A DNA stretch of 64,000 nt from Marsupella aquatica (lineage: Eukaryota > Plantae > Marchantiophyta). The position numbers and the translations under genes were made by a program. The stretch lies in assembly GCA_973895155.1 (NCBI GenBank), contig OZ316898.1, forward strand, positions 3,596,480-3,660,479, written 5' to 3'. Every line of letters begins with the position of its first letter. Position 1 is the stretch's first letter. Positions 25,401 to 38,969 of this stretch are shown one piece after another. The notes beneath the pieces are model-generated. The model worked only from the letters and a program-made list of their open reading frames with translations. It was not told the DNA's origin and made no database searches.

Positions 25401-28351
25401 AGCAAATCTTGTCCTAGATTTACTTTGTCCCTTGCCGTTCGTGCGCTGCTCGGGATGCCACTGTGACCTTCCATGATTCACATTCAAGGCAGCACCAGAT
25501 GACGATGCTGTCTGGGCTTGACCCAACTTCTTCTGTGCATCATCTGACAACAAAGAGCTTACCACCTCATCGTATGAAATAGACTTCAAGTCTCTATACA
25601 AGAGGACCTGCTTCAAACCCTGATAAGATGGGGGTAAGGAGCTGAGAAGAAGCAAGGCCTTGTCCTCTTCTTCAATGCCCTTACCGAGATTAGACAAATC
25701 AACAGTTAGGCTGTCAAATTCATCCAAGTGATCCTGGAGCTTGTTCCCCTCTTTGAGCCGAAGGCTCATTAAGAGAGACTTCTTGTACAATTGATCTGAT
25801 GCATCCTCCCGATAGTACTTCTCCCTTAGGGCTTTGAATAGAGATGCATAATCCGCGTAGTCATCCAACTTCTTGATGATATGTGGCTTCAGATAAGCAT
25901 CACCGCATTCACTGCAATTCTTGTTCCTGCCTCCACCTCTTTAGTGGAATCTCCTCCTCATCATCGTACATCTCTCGTGTAGAGAGAAGATGATCTAGGC
26001 CCATAGCGTGAAGAACTCCTTTCACTTGCTTCTCCTAGAGCAAGTAGTCTGTACGCCCATCATACTTCTCCACCTCAAACTTGACACCTCCAAACCTGGA
26101 TGCCATCTGTTTTTCCTTCACAATCCCCTCTACTCGCTGCGCCGATGATTGTACCGGTGTCACATGCGCTTCCTCCTGCTCCTCTCTCTCCTCCTCAAAC
26201 CGTCGTGGTGATCCTCGTGCTTCAAGATCCACTTCTTCAAAAATCTCCTCCGAATCACTCATGTGAGAATGCAAGAAAAAAATGACATTTTTTCAACTTC
26301 TTCAAAAAACTCAAAACTTATCACCGTCGCGTAGCCCGCAAGCCTAGCTCTCCAACGCTGAAAACTAGAATCAAAACGGAACTCCGACGTAAAACTTATT
26401 CACTTTTTGGTCGGGGTGGGTAAAACTCAAAATTCTCCCCCGTTTTGACCACCTCGGGGAATAACCAAAATGTGAACAAGTACTCAACGTCGGAAACACA
26501 ATTCGATCGGTGCACCGTGTGGCCAACTCCGATGGCTACCTCCTTGCCGAAGATGAACGAAAAAAGTTACCGTTCGGCAGATGGAATCTTCGACGGATGG
26601 CCGAAAACACGCTCTCTATTTTTTGGGAATATTCTTGCACAGAGCAGCAGGGCTCATAGGGGGCCGTTCCCCCTGTCCAAATGGTTAAATTGGAGGGCGG
26701 CAGGTCCCGGGATGTGATAGCCAATTAGAAACCGGGAAAAGGAATAAAAATAGGGGCTAAAGGGGGTTTAAAGCCCCTTAATTAAATCAGGTGTATAACA
26801 TATGGTGTGTATAAGGACTGGGTACAGGAGCGACCAGAAAGGAGGACCGCGGGGCGCATGGGGAGGGAGGGCCGGGTCGCGGAAGTTGGTAGCAACTAAG
26901 GGCAGCCGGAGGGCAAACGGCCGGCCATGGCGGGGGTTTAGGCGCACGCGGGAGGGCAAGGCTAGAGGGCAGGAGCGCGGCGCTATTCCGGGCTGGCTGC
27001 AGGGTCGCGTCGGGGAGGGGACGACGACGTATGTAGGGAGGGTAAAACGTGTGTATACACAAACCACCCAAATGTGTGTGTATAGACAAAAGTGGGTGGA
27101 CCCCCCAAAAGCACAAAGAAAATAACACCAAAGAAGCTGAATTTACCCTCGGCACCGGCAAGGGCCCTAAAGACACTCCTCTCCAACGTGCGATGGAGGT
27201 CTCTAGAGAGAGAGAGAGAGTTGTAAATGGAGTTTTTTTCGAACAAAAAATTTGCCCGTAAGAAATCCAAAAATGCTTGTGGAAATCAAACGAGAAGAGC
27301 TTGCACCTTGTAACGTTCGGATTACGATGAGGAATCAGAAGCCAATGTTGGTGGGTTGGAAAGATTTGCGCACCCGCACCGTTTGCTGGTCAATCAGTGG
27401 CAAAAACTCAGAACTCCTTCCTCCCGTGGGCAAAATCGTCAATCTTGGACTCAAAACGATCACCTCTTCGTGATCTATCCGTTCAGCCCAAGCACTTCAC
27501 GTCTCTCCCTCCGAGTTGAGCGCAATGACAAGAAACCCCGCTCAGGCAAAAGAGGACTCCATAGCTGGTCAGAAAATCAAAATGCTTCTTTTGCTCGTTG
27601 TGACGCACTCGTTACACACTCAACAACAAACCATCTACCAAAACGATCAGCTCGTCCCGATCTTCAAGCAGAGCTACAGCATGCGACGCCTCCTTCACCG
27701 TAGAGCTCACACTGTCGGGAAAATAAACTCTGGTCCCTCCTCCGAAAAACCGTCGAACACGAATATTGCCAACTTTCTTCACAAATTCCAGAACGATGAA
27801 AACTTAGATCTCTTCGCACCACGATCTCCGTTCAGCGATTTCTTTGCACCGTTAGAAAGCCCTTGCCCCGATCTATGCGTTGAGCCCATAAACTCCAAGT
27901 TCCATGCGACGGAACTCCGGGAAATCCACCGACACTCAACGTTGGAAAAATCCGTCACAAAATCCCGTCACGAACAATGTCACCTCCCAGGCATGCTCTG
28001 ATACCAATTGTTGAGCATAGACGACACTTGTAACGGTAAGCACATGACACATCCAACGCACAAGTAGTCGACACAAGAGATACGTGGTTTACCTCCTCGA
28101 GGCTACGTCCACGAAAACACACAAGAGAGCTTTACTGAACTCTAAGCCCGTCGGCCTTACCAAGTCTCTACAGTGTAAGCTCTCCTCATCTCTCAAGTGG
28201 CTCCGTAACAATGAGCCTAAGTTCCACTTATCCAAGCAAACACCGCTTGGCATATAGTGTGCATCCTAGTTAACCTAACCACGTCTCCAACTACGGTTAG
28301 TCTAACTACGATTACATGCCGTAACCCTAGACCTTGAGTAAATACCTAACA
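22410..28351 (-). mobile_element. Degenerate Ty1/Copia (Tnt1/Tork-like) retrotransposon, 3'-truncated
   Basis: 5' LTR 28009-28351 (TG...CA); PBS TGGTATCAGAGC 27995-28006; gag KFEVEKYDG; mutated knuckle CWKYHKVGHVKRDC; protease WILDCACSFH; integrase HSDVWG/FIDDYSR/SDNGGEY/QQNGVAER; RT KARLVAKGF, YVDDML; ends at GYVDSDYGQDLDRRR (start of RNase H). Many frameshifts. Confidence 0.92.
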
Positions 28352-30098
28352 AGACCCAGGGCCGGCAGCATAGCACAAGCAAGTGGTGGTTAGAGAAGGG
28401 GGCGGTGAGTCAGCTGCAAGGTACAACGGGAGGGAATTGGCATCTTTTGGCTAACTTTAGTGGTAGGACAACTCGATCAATGCTCGGATGCAACAGGAAC
28501 TCTCCTGGGTCCAAGTTCTTGTTGGCAAGAATGGAGCATTGAATCAAGCAAGTAGAGATGAAATGCATGATTTCAGCGAAATGCTCCATCAAGCCAACAT
28601 AGTCACTGAAATGCTCCACGACCTGTTTCCACGTATTTGCAATCAGGAAATCTGTCAGTGGGGTACATAGCTTGTCAACAAGCCCTCCACGACAAAATAA
28701 GAACCCCCAAACCATCTTCTCCTCCTCACCAAGCGAGAGGCAACAACAATGCACATTTGCAAAATTAAAAACTTCCGCACCACAGCTCAACACTTTGCCT
28801 AAGCCTCCCACCCTACAATTTCTAGACTACACTGAACACCTTGGAAGTCAGCACTTGTGAGTTTTCCTAGTGAGTTAAGGAGTGCAAACTCAGTGAGCCT
28901 CCCGCCTATAGAGTTTTGTCTCTCCCCTGATGATCTTAGGACTGAGGACTTTATGTCGTTCACTCCTACATTCTTATTGTATGCCATGGCTACGTACTTC
29001 AGAGACGTCCCCCCAAGCATGTAAAATTCACAGACTACATCTTCCTATACAACGTTCCGACATACGTTGTCTATTAGCCCCCTATTTACCAGTCCTAGAA
29101 TATCGTAATATGTTTTACGTTGTCCAATACGTGGTTAAATACATACCATGCCTCACAACGTAAATAATGTCACACATGGCGACGTTATTAGCTCCCGCGG
29201 AATCTTCAACGATATTCGACGGCCCGTTAATGTTGTCACAACAGGGTAACGATGTCTATTCCTGAGTAAATTCTAGTAACATTGTTTTTGGGTAGGTTAA
29301 GCATGGTTCCGACATCTCAAAATGTAGTTGTGATATAAACTCAACCACATGCAAGCTCTGCAGGCCATGAATTGACTTCGTTTAATTCCTCAGCTTACAC
29401 ATTCCAAAACTAACGTTGTCTCCTCAGTTTACACGTTCCAACAGCTGACATCCAGATTTAACCATCTGCACAACAGTACTTTGCTTCCCTGTGCGACCCG
29501 TTGTGCAATCAAATCTGGCAGGTTCGTATGCCTTGTGAAAGCCACGGAGAACTCGTTGTCATTCTCGCATGAATGAATACGATGTAATGAGAGAATATTA
29601 ACGCAAAACACGGAACAAGGTTTACAAAGTGAAGACATTGACATGAATGTCTTCAAATCCGAATAACCCTAATGTCAATGTACAGGCGACGCGAAAAGGA
29701 GCGGCATGTCTCCACAACATCATCTGCACTCAGTTCGAGAGTTGGTAACGGTCGCGGTTCACTGTCAAATATTTGCATGTTTGTGGTTAACACTTGCATG
29801 GTTCGTGATTGAGACATACAATCACAATATATGCACCCAGTTTGGTGCTTTAAACCCAAAAACTCATCTTATAAGAACTTTAGAGGAACATTTTAAACCC
29901 AAAAACTCATCTTATAAGAACTTTAGAGGAACATTAATTACGGATCAGAGGGGGGGGTGTAGATTGGGGTAATAAAGTTTCAAGGGGGCTGATGAAGGAA
30001 AACTTTTCCAGGAGAGGGTCTATTAAGCAAATCCCTCTCAATAGGTTCCTTGTTTGCTTCTTAGTCTAATTCATGGAATACCCGAAAGATATGATCAT

Positions 30099-30845
30099 AA
30101 CCAATTGGCTTAGGTCAATTGGCTAGGGTGTTAAGGATTGCTCTTAGTCTTGTGACTCAAAGGTTACGGTACTTAGGCTAACCACAGTTAGGGTCTTAGC
30201 TGAGGTTGGGTTAGTTGTGTGTGACCTTGTATATACCAGGGCTAGTGTAAGCCGCTGGTGTGTGGTGTGCTTACTCATTGTAACGGAGCAACTTGAGGAA
30301 GAGGGAGAAGCACGTGTGTTCGTCTACTCTTGAAGTAAAGTTTAAGTGTTCGTGTGGACGTAGCCTTGGAGAAAAGGTGAACCACGTAGAGATTGTGTCG
30401 ACTATATACATGTGCATGGAATGAATTATGGTTATATGGTCGTTGCAAATAACGTCTTAGTTCAACATAGGGGATTTGCCTGGAACTGAGAGGTCCCAAG
30501 TTCAATCCCCCCTCCACACACTAGGGTGTGGAGAGTATATGTGTGTGGGTGGGATGGGTTTTGTGGGTAGTGGATTGGAGTTCTGATTATCTGCTCGGCC
30601 CCTGCTCGTCCACTTTGTGGCCCTAATTTAATCTTCTCTCCTTCCTGGTGCAGGCATCCACTTTGTGGCCCTGATTTAATCTTCTCTCCTTCCTGGTGCA
30701 GTTCCTTGTCGGATCCGTTGGGGTCCACCCTGGTTTGGGTTCCCTACAGAAAAACTGGTCTGGTTCCCTACCAAAAAACGGTTACATTGGGATGGGGGAG
30801 TCTAATTGTATTTCCTCCCCATTTCCGTTCAAGACAACAACAAAA
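30099..30845 (+). mobile_element. tRNA-derived SINE, copy 3, interrupted by a solo LTR
   Basis: 14-bp TSD AAAGATATGATCAT at 30085-30098 and 30846-30859; head ACCAATTGGCTTAGGTCAATTGGCTAGGG...GAACTGAGAGGTCCCAAGTTCAATCC; internal ~48-bp tandem duplication at ~30609-30701; CAA/A tail. Confidence 0.85.
30129..30467 (+). mobile_element. Copia solo LTR
   Basis: TGTTAA...TTCAACA termini; 5-bp TSD TAGGG at 30124-30128 and 30468-30472; shares CTCATTGT.ACGGAGC.ACTTGAG and GTGGACGTAGCC...AACCACGTA...TTGTGTCGACTA with the LTR at 28009-28351. Confidence 0.9.
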
Positions 30846-31401
30846 AAAGATATGATCATCCAAATAAAAAGCTTAAACAATGTTGACTTCCGTGTACGTA
30901 GAGTGGAGAGTACCAGACTGGTCCGTTCCAGGAAATGGGGAGCAGGAAATTGGGAGCCGACCTTTATTAGCGGAGATGGCAACTTGGAAATGGGGAACAT
31001 CGGTTTGCTACGATGTCTGAAGTTGCGAATTGCTGGACATCTCAGAGAGAATAACAAGTGACAGAAAGCATTTTTCGAGAGGGTGGCGATGGGGACTGAA
31101 GACGAGGACAGTGCAATGCGTTTCTGGTCCATGTTTTGTAAGCTGTGGGTCATGTATGTGCCCTGGGGCAGCTGAGGCTTGTAGTGATCGTCCATCTACC
31201 ATTGCCGCTGAGAATTTGCAGCCTGCTGTTCCAGATAATCAAGTGCAGGTTGTGCCAGTTTTCATAAATAACGTTGTGGCGACTGGAGGTTCGACAATCT
31301 AGCTTCTGGAAGGGCTGGATTGTATCTTAATGCCCAGCTTCCGATAGCTTGTTTTGTTGTTATATTTCGGTCATCTGGGTTGGAAATTGGTTACTTCTTC
31401 C

Positions 31402-34400
31402 ATGGATTTTTCTGTGGAAGAAACTGGCGTGTCAAGCGCTCTGGGGAAGTCACGGATCATGGCATGGCGGTCTCAGATTGAAGAATTCTCATCCTTGGAA
31501 ATCGAGGGGCCCCTGAACCTGGAGGAGTGGGACGGTTTGATGTTTCTTTTGAGTGATGACGATAAGGTGGATGAAAGACAACTCGCCATCTACGACCGCC
31601 GTTCACTCTCCTTACCCTATGGTTCAGGGTTTACACGTCGACGCGCGGCTCAGAACTTGGATGCACTGTGGAAGAGTGGGTGCTTGAGAAATTTACGACA
31701 TCTCAGTGTCGGTAAGCATGCCTTTGCTAAACTGGAGTGGATGGAGTGGACAGTTTTCACAAACGCAATCAAATCCGGGCTACTCCCCAATCTTCGCTCG
31801 TTGGAACTCTTTTCATTTAGTGTTTCCATGGCAAAAGATGGATCTTTGGAATTCGTTTACGTTTCGTTGAGGCAGTGTCTCAACTTGACAGATTTGATAG
31901 AGGGAGCCGGGAATTGGTTCAGCTCTCTTGAAAATATCACCATACGTGCCGGCACCTCAGAGCAAGTTCGTGCCATGGTAGACGCGATACTGAAACTCCC
32001 TAAGTGGGAATCAGCGTTGAAATTTCTAATTCTCCCATCAAATAATCTAGACGAAACAGTACTTGATGCTCTGGCAAACTTGGTCGCATCGGGCCGCCTG
32101 CAGCAGCTAGAGGAACTGGACTTGAGTAGAAACATACTAATAACATCAGGCGCCGCCGTGTTCGCAAGGTTCATAGACACCATTCAAGAGGGCCGTCTAC
32201 CGCGACTGAAAACATTTGACTGGACAGCCAACGGGATAGGACGCGATGGTGAAGGAGCAGAGGCTGTTGCGAAAGCTTATTTCGAACATGAAGACCTAAC
32301 AGCCGAAATTTATATCGAATGGGATCGTGTGCGTGACCCGTCGTTGGTGACGAAGGTCCAATGGTATAAGGAAAGGAATCGGCGACTTGTTGCTTTAAGG
32401 AGTCGGCTCGAAGAGGAGTTCAAAGTTCTTGTCCCCCTCAGCTCTGCAAAGATTTTCCTTTGTGGATTCCCTGAAGTAGGAAAAACTACATTAAGGAAAG
32501 CTTTGGGACGACAGTTGGGACTCAGGACCAGGTTCATGCCGGAGAGGCATCTCATGCGATTAACGCAGCCACGGACGAAGGGGATTGAGTTGAGCCGGAT
32601 ACAAGACAAGAAACACACCACGCTAATTCTGTGGGACCTTGCTGGTCAGGAAGAGTTTCATGTTCTTCATGGTACATTTTTGGCAAATTTGGGACTGGCA
32701 GGTGGGGAAGCCACTACATTTGTTCTTGTCTTCAAAGTACCATTTGAGGCAAATGTGCAAGCCAAACTCATGTATTGGCTCAAGTTTGTGGCGACCAGTT
32801 CTGTAAGAAGTGTACAGCGCCAAGTGATGATTGTCTTGAATTGTTTTGATGGTAAACAATGCCTGGAAAGGGACAGGAGATATTGTATTGGCTTGATCAA
32901 AGACTTTGCTGCAAAGTTTTTTGATATACTTCACATTCACCCGGATCCATTCATAATCGACGTCCGTGTTGCTGCATTGGTTCAACCTCTGAAACATCAT
33001 CTCTTCCACCACGCACAAACACTATTGCAAGATGTACAAGTGCCAAAGGCCTGTTTTGAGCTTCTCAAGGACTTGAAACAGTGGTCACACGGTGACAACA
33101 AGAACCACTTTCCCATTTTTAGCTGGAGGGCTTTTGAAGATGATTGGAAATTGAAGCACAGCGCTAAAGGTGACCCACGCAAGAACCTCAAAATTTGCGC
33201 TTCATATTTGCATGAGATAGGGGAAATCATCTATTTCGACGATACGGCATCCTCTCACCCGGGGTCTGGGAACAAAAGCATTGTTTGTCCTGATCCAGAA
33301 TGGTTTTGCAAAGAAGTTGTGGGGCAGTTGCTGCTCCCAAAAGATATGCTTGAAGGAGGCAGCTCTATTCAAGTGAGTGCTGATGGATCGATCTCCCTAA
33401 TCAGGTTCCGATCGTTCTTTGAGCATTTGCTTCCCCAAGGAACTGCAAGTGATGATGTGGTTTCAATGCTGGAACAAGTGGGTTTGTGCTTTCGGAAAGG
33501 AACAGAAGAAATTATCATACCAGCTCTTATTCGTGAAGATGATTACACGTCAATTGACTGGGAAGGCCAAGGACTCCACGGAGTGATGGGGAGGTCTCTT
33601 GCTACTGAAGACACGGGCAGAACTGCTATTCCTGGGACTCTATTTCGGCGGCTACAAGTGGAGCTCGCCCAAGATCCGAATTTCGGCGGTCGTGGTGACA
33701 GCCAATATAGAGCAGGGAAGTCCTTTTGTAGTTTCAAGCGTGGGGAGCTCCTGGTTTTAGTGCAGTTCGACGTGGATCATTCAGACCCCAGTGATGATAG
33801 AATTGACATTCTCGTCAAAAGTCTGCTCCGTGGGGATTCCACAGATGTGAGCGCAACAAAGGTTCATGCCATTTGTGAAATCATACAAACCTTGGAGAGA
33901 CTTTGTGTGACATGCTGTCCCGGATTGATGTATGACGTAAAGGTCATTCAACCATGGAATGCTTCTCAGAAAACCCCAAAGATGACCGAAAGGCAGCTCA
34001 TGTCCCTGAGAGAAATAAAGGCTCTTCTGGTCAAGGGAGAAAGATGCTCAAGCTGGAACCTCAACGGTAACCAAGTGGAGCTAAAGAGCCTTCTTTCGGA
34101 GAGTGAACTGAAAGGGGTTTTGGGAAGCGCTAAAGCAGAGTATGATGAATGTAAACGGGAGGCAGTATCGCTGGGTCTCGTGACAGAGGATTCTCTGCAA
34201 AAGCTAGAAGAATTTGAGCAAGAGAATGGCGCCAAGGCGGAAGGACTTGACGTGGAAGGAGCTACTACCAAGTGGCGAAGCAATCTTGGAGTGGATATAA
34301 CGAACCGACGGGTTCTCGATGAAACGCGCGAGGAAATCCGCCAGCAGCATCATCTAACACGCGAGGCTGTCCACGAAGATGGTCACCTCACACGGCAGCA

Positions 34401-35159
34401 TATTGAGAAGTCCCAAGAGGAGATCCGGCAGAAACATAAAGTTATGGTTATGCATATACAAGCGCAACAACAGTTTTCAATTGAAGAGAGAGAGAGAGAA
34501 GCGTCCCCAGGTACATATTCTTGTCCAGGAAGCAAGGCAAATCGAACGTCTGGATAACTTTGAAACAGGCTTTCAACGAATCCTTCGAATTGCACCTCCT
34601 ATGCGAGGCTCATTTCGATGATGGATTTTTGCACGAAGTGGAAGGCCAAGAAGGTATCCAGTTGACAAGACCCAAGTGGCTGAGCACCATCTCACCTTGG
34701 CTTCGCAGGTCCTTACTGGTATCTGTAATGGTAGGTAAATTAGCAGGCAATATCTACCTACCGGGTGTTTTCAATTTCATTCCAAATTTGGATTATCTGC
34801 AAAATAATGGGGAAGGGTCGTCAAAAGCAGTAGATACTGCAGCCAGCATGATGTTGGAGGAAGATGAAGGGGTGAATCAAGTGCAAGGTGATAACAGAAA
34901 GTATGGAACCGCAGGAGCACCAGTAGATTTGAGAGAGAGAATGATTGCCGAGGGAGTTGTCAAGGATCTGATTGGTGAAGTTGGTGAAGCTGCTTTCAAA
35001 AGAAAGATTGGATTGAGGAAGGTGTTGCTCAGAGCTTCAGCTCAGCCGCAGATAGGCAGCTCAACGCGGGCCCAATCATCTGAACCCCAGTCTTGTGTAA
35101 GGTGGATTTGCGAGAATTGCTACAAGAGCTACCGGGATAGAGCCAGGGCCATCGGATAG
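31402..35159 (+). pseudogene. TORNADO1-like LRR-Roc-COR gene, copy B, frameshifted at a (GA)7 tract
   Basis: ATG 31402; LRRs, GFPEVGKT, WDLAGQEEF and COR open to 34557; one extra GA at 34486-34499 relative to copy C shifts the frame, and the homologous C-terminus continues in ORF 34521-35159. Confidence 0.85.
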
Positions 35160-37322
35160 AGAGACGGGAGAGAGACGAGAGAGATTGCTCAGTGTAATAA
35201 ATGTTTGCGAGAGGGGGATTGGAAACAAAAGGGCGCAGCAGTGGTCTTGATCCTGTTTTGATTGTTTATCGTACACCATTGGTCCCCTTGTTTACGTAGT
35301 ACATAATTAGATTTCGATGTTTCCTGAATTGGGCAGCTTGGGGACCGGGCCAACAGCCCGACAACCCCGGGCCCAAGACCCGTCGGGACCAGGTGACATT
35401 TGTCAAGGCAAAAAAACCAGGGGAATCCTGGGTTCTGTCGATACACCTGCAATATATCTTCTCCGATACTTGACTTCTGCGGTGACCTGATTGCATTGCC
35501 GCTCAGCGACAGATTCTCCGCGAAACGAAGCAGGATTGGGGGTGAGAGGCTATCTTTGCTACAGAAGCTAGGATTAATGAAATTGGAAGTGTTGGGTGAT
35601 CCTTTTCAATCTAGTTCATACTGTTTCTCTATTTTTCTTACGTCTAGAACCAGGCCCAATGATCTAGAGATTTAAAGTGTTTTCAGACAACTGACCGACT
35701 CTCTATTCGTGCCCAAGATTCCTTGGATGGTCTAAATAGAGGAATATCTTTGTTTGATCTGGAATGGAAAAATCTCTGACGGATAAAAGTCCAATAAGTA
35801 CAAACGCAGGGCATCCCTCAACGTGTGAACTCAATAATATCTCCCAGAACTGAATTACTATCTCGAGATCTTCGTCGATTCCAATGACTCAGGTTGTCGA
35901 TCAGTGAGTAGAAGCCCCGCCACTTCCTGTGCAGATCAATTGTGTGGAGGGTAGTGTTGATTCAAAGTGCCAGCTGAGGTGACCAATGTCGGGCTTTCAC
36001 TCCACTCTTCACGACAAGAACTTTCTCTCTTAGTTTTGGTATGTTTTCTCCTTCATTTCCGTGACCCAGTTGTAACTACCTCTCATCCGCTTATCGCGAA
36101 GAGCTACAATGGTTTAGAAACTCCTCACTGCTAGCTGAGAATTTAGAGATTGGGTCCCAATCTAGTCTTGGACAGAATATCAAATACCCCATTGCCCGTT
36201 GGGATTGTTTCCAGAATTCGACTCTCTTGCCTCCCAATTCGCCAACGATACGACCAACAGGTCGATCCCAATATGTGCTGCAAACCAGTTTTTTTGGTGC
36301 AAATCCGATCATCTTTGTTTTGCTACATACTGCTTGAATTGGAGCGAATGTGAGCAGCACTGAAGGAGCCGCCAGCGACTCTACCACAATCCGAAGCTAC
36401 GACCAAGCAGGTGCTCCCATCCACAGACAACGCGGAGTTTGACACCCCAGTCGGCTCTCAGACGGACACACATCCTTCGTTGCTGACTGCTTCCTTCCAT
36501 TCTTTTGCTCTATCATCTTTTCTGAATCTGAGAGTGGCTTTTCAAGAAGCTTGGGGCACTTGTGACTTTTTTCACCGCCCATTTTAGATACTTAAGATAG
36601 TGAGCTTAAAACGTTTCGGAATCCTTTTATGGCCCCCACCTCTTGGAACAAGTGGTGCTTGAATAATTTGCTATGAGACAAGCTGAAGACCCACTCCACC
36701 CCAAAGGAATATAGTTCTTTGGCTAGAGCACTTCTAGATCTCATAGAAAGAGAAGATCTGCTGAACGACTTGTGGGTACACTTGTCATGTGAATGACTCA
36801 AAATAGGAATGGACGGGATGAAGAGACCTCCAAGAGAGGTGGTCTAAATATTGGGACAAAAACGTGCTCCGCAACAGCAAAATTTGGGCTTCCTCCAATC
36901 CATGCACGAACGTCCAACCGTATAGAAAGAAACTGGCCCCAATGTTTGTAAAGTGAACTGCAACTACTGTATATCTCTCTAATGGATAGCCCTATCACAT
37001 CGTAGAGACCAGAACAAATTTGAAACTGCCCCCTATAAAGCCACCCTGAAGCTCTGACGGGCCAATCCCTGCCCACCCCATTTACTCCCTATAGTCAAGT
37101 CACTAACCCATGGACTCCAAGTGGCTGCTTTTGGAACGGCATTTCACTTTTGAGAAGACACATGGAAAGACATATGGACTCCTCAAGCCATCAGTCACTT
37201 TACACGGGAAAGAAAAAGTGACAAGAGGCTTTTGAAAGGACACTTCACTTTATTGAACTACGCCCCCAAGTAGTTTGTCCAGACGGCCAATCAACAATGA
37301 ACTGCTAGTTTCAGGTAAACTT

Positions 37323-37631
37323 TTGTTTGCCTTGAAACCAAAACCTAACCCATCCAACAGAGGATAGACAATAAACTAAACTTTGGAACATGCGTCTTTG
37401 TAGGGCAGCCACAAGGGGTCACACCCAGGGATCCGACGGGGACCCAGACCAAGAGGGAGAGAGGGTTGAACCAGAGCCCCAAGCCATGCCAACCAGGGGC
37501 TGAGAAGAAACCAAGATTCACACCACACACACACACACACACATATTTTTACAACCCTAGGCAAACTTGGGAAATCAAAATCTCAGTTCTAGACTAATCT
37601 CCTGGCCAAATGGCCATAGCCAGTTGGTTTG
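37323..37631 (-). mobile_element. tRNA-derived SINE, copy 4 (duplicate of copy 2)
   Basis: Same insertion site as 17163-17472 in the paralogous block; TSD GTTTCAGGTAAACTT (37308-37322) / GTTTTGGTAAACTT (37632-37645). Confidence 0.75.
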
Positions 37632-38969
37632 GTTTTGGTAAACTTAAGTCATGCATTACTTTCTTTGGATTGTTTTTCAAGCTCAAATTTTTTCAGCATG
37701 TTTAATGTTGTCCATTCTGTTACCTTACAAAGTTTGAAAGTTTTCTAAGATCATTTGCTTCATTTCCAATGAATGTGAAAATGGTCAAGTATTGTCAGCC
37801 AACCGCCTATCCAATGGAAATTTTTCTTTCATGAAAGACACCCTGCATAGTTTGGGCATGAGCAATGAATAACCTTTTGGGAAGGAAGCTTCACTTTATA
37901 AAGTAAGCCAAAACTCTTTCTCGTGTGCATCTACATCGTTCCCCTTTACTGGTTCCACACTTACGACCTAGCGTCAATCTCAGATCACTCTTCCATTTAA
38001 GGCTCCATGCCAAAAAGTACTTTATGCATTGCCTATAATTAACCTAGCACATTCATATACTCTAACATGTTGACCTCAATATTGTGGGGCCGCGTTGCTC
38101 CAGTTCGTGCAATGTGAATTGAAATGTGTCAGGTCTAAAGAACTGGAGCAAAAGAATGCATTGATTATTTTCAGACCCGACACATTTTGGCTCAGACCAC
38201 CTATTTTTTCTGATCAGTGATATGTGTATGTTTTTTTGTCAAAAACTTACATCCACTCTTGAGGTGGTCTAGAAAAACCAATGCATTGAATTTTTTGTAG
38301 CCCCGACACATTTTTGCTCATACATTTTAGATTATTTTACACATTTTGGCTCATTTTAACTGCCTCGCACATTTTAACTTTTGACTAATGAACTGGCCAT
38401 GACAGTGCGCGGCCCCCACCGTCTTGTACAGGCCACATAATAATAAAGTTGGTAGACTCGGTTTTCCCTTCACGGAAAGTTGAAATCGCGTCAAAACAAT
38501 GTTGACTTCCAGGAAATGGGGAGCAGGAAATTGGGAGCCCGACCTTTCGCGGAGATGGCAACTTGGAAATGGTGAACATCGGTTTGCTACGATGTTTGAA
38601 GTTGCAAATTGCTGGACATCGGAGAGAATAACTATTGACACAATGCAATTTTCGAGAGGGTGGCGATGCGCACGGAAGACGAGAAATCTGCGATGCGGTT
38701 CTGGTCCATGTTTTGTAAGCTACGGGTCATGCATGTGCCATGTAGCAGCTGAGGCTTGGAGTGATCGTCCTTTTACCACCGCTGAAAATTTTCAGCTTGC
38801 TGTTTCTGAAAATCATGTGCAGGTTGTGCCAGTGTTCATCAATTACTTTGTGGAGAATTGAGGTTCGACAATCTAGCTTCTGGAAGGGCTGGATTGTATC
38901 TTAGCAAGGATGCCCAGCTTCCGAGAGCTTGTTTTCGGTCATCCGGTTTGGAGATTGGTTACTTCTCCC

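Noticed and set aside
27516-28001. Antisense ORF in the Copia leader as an extra gene
   Set aside because: Non-ATG start, no recognisable motif, lies in repetitive leader sequence.
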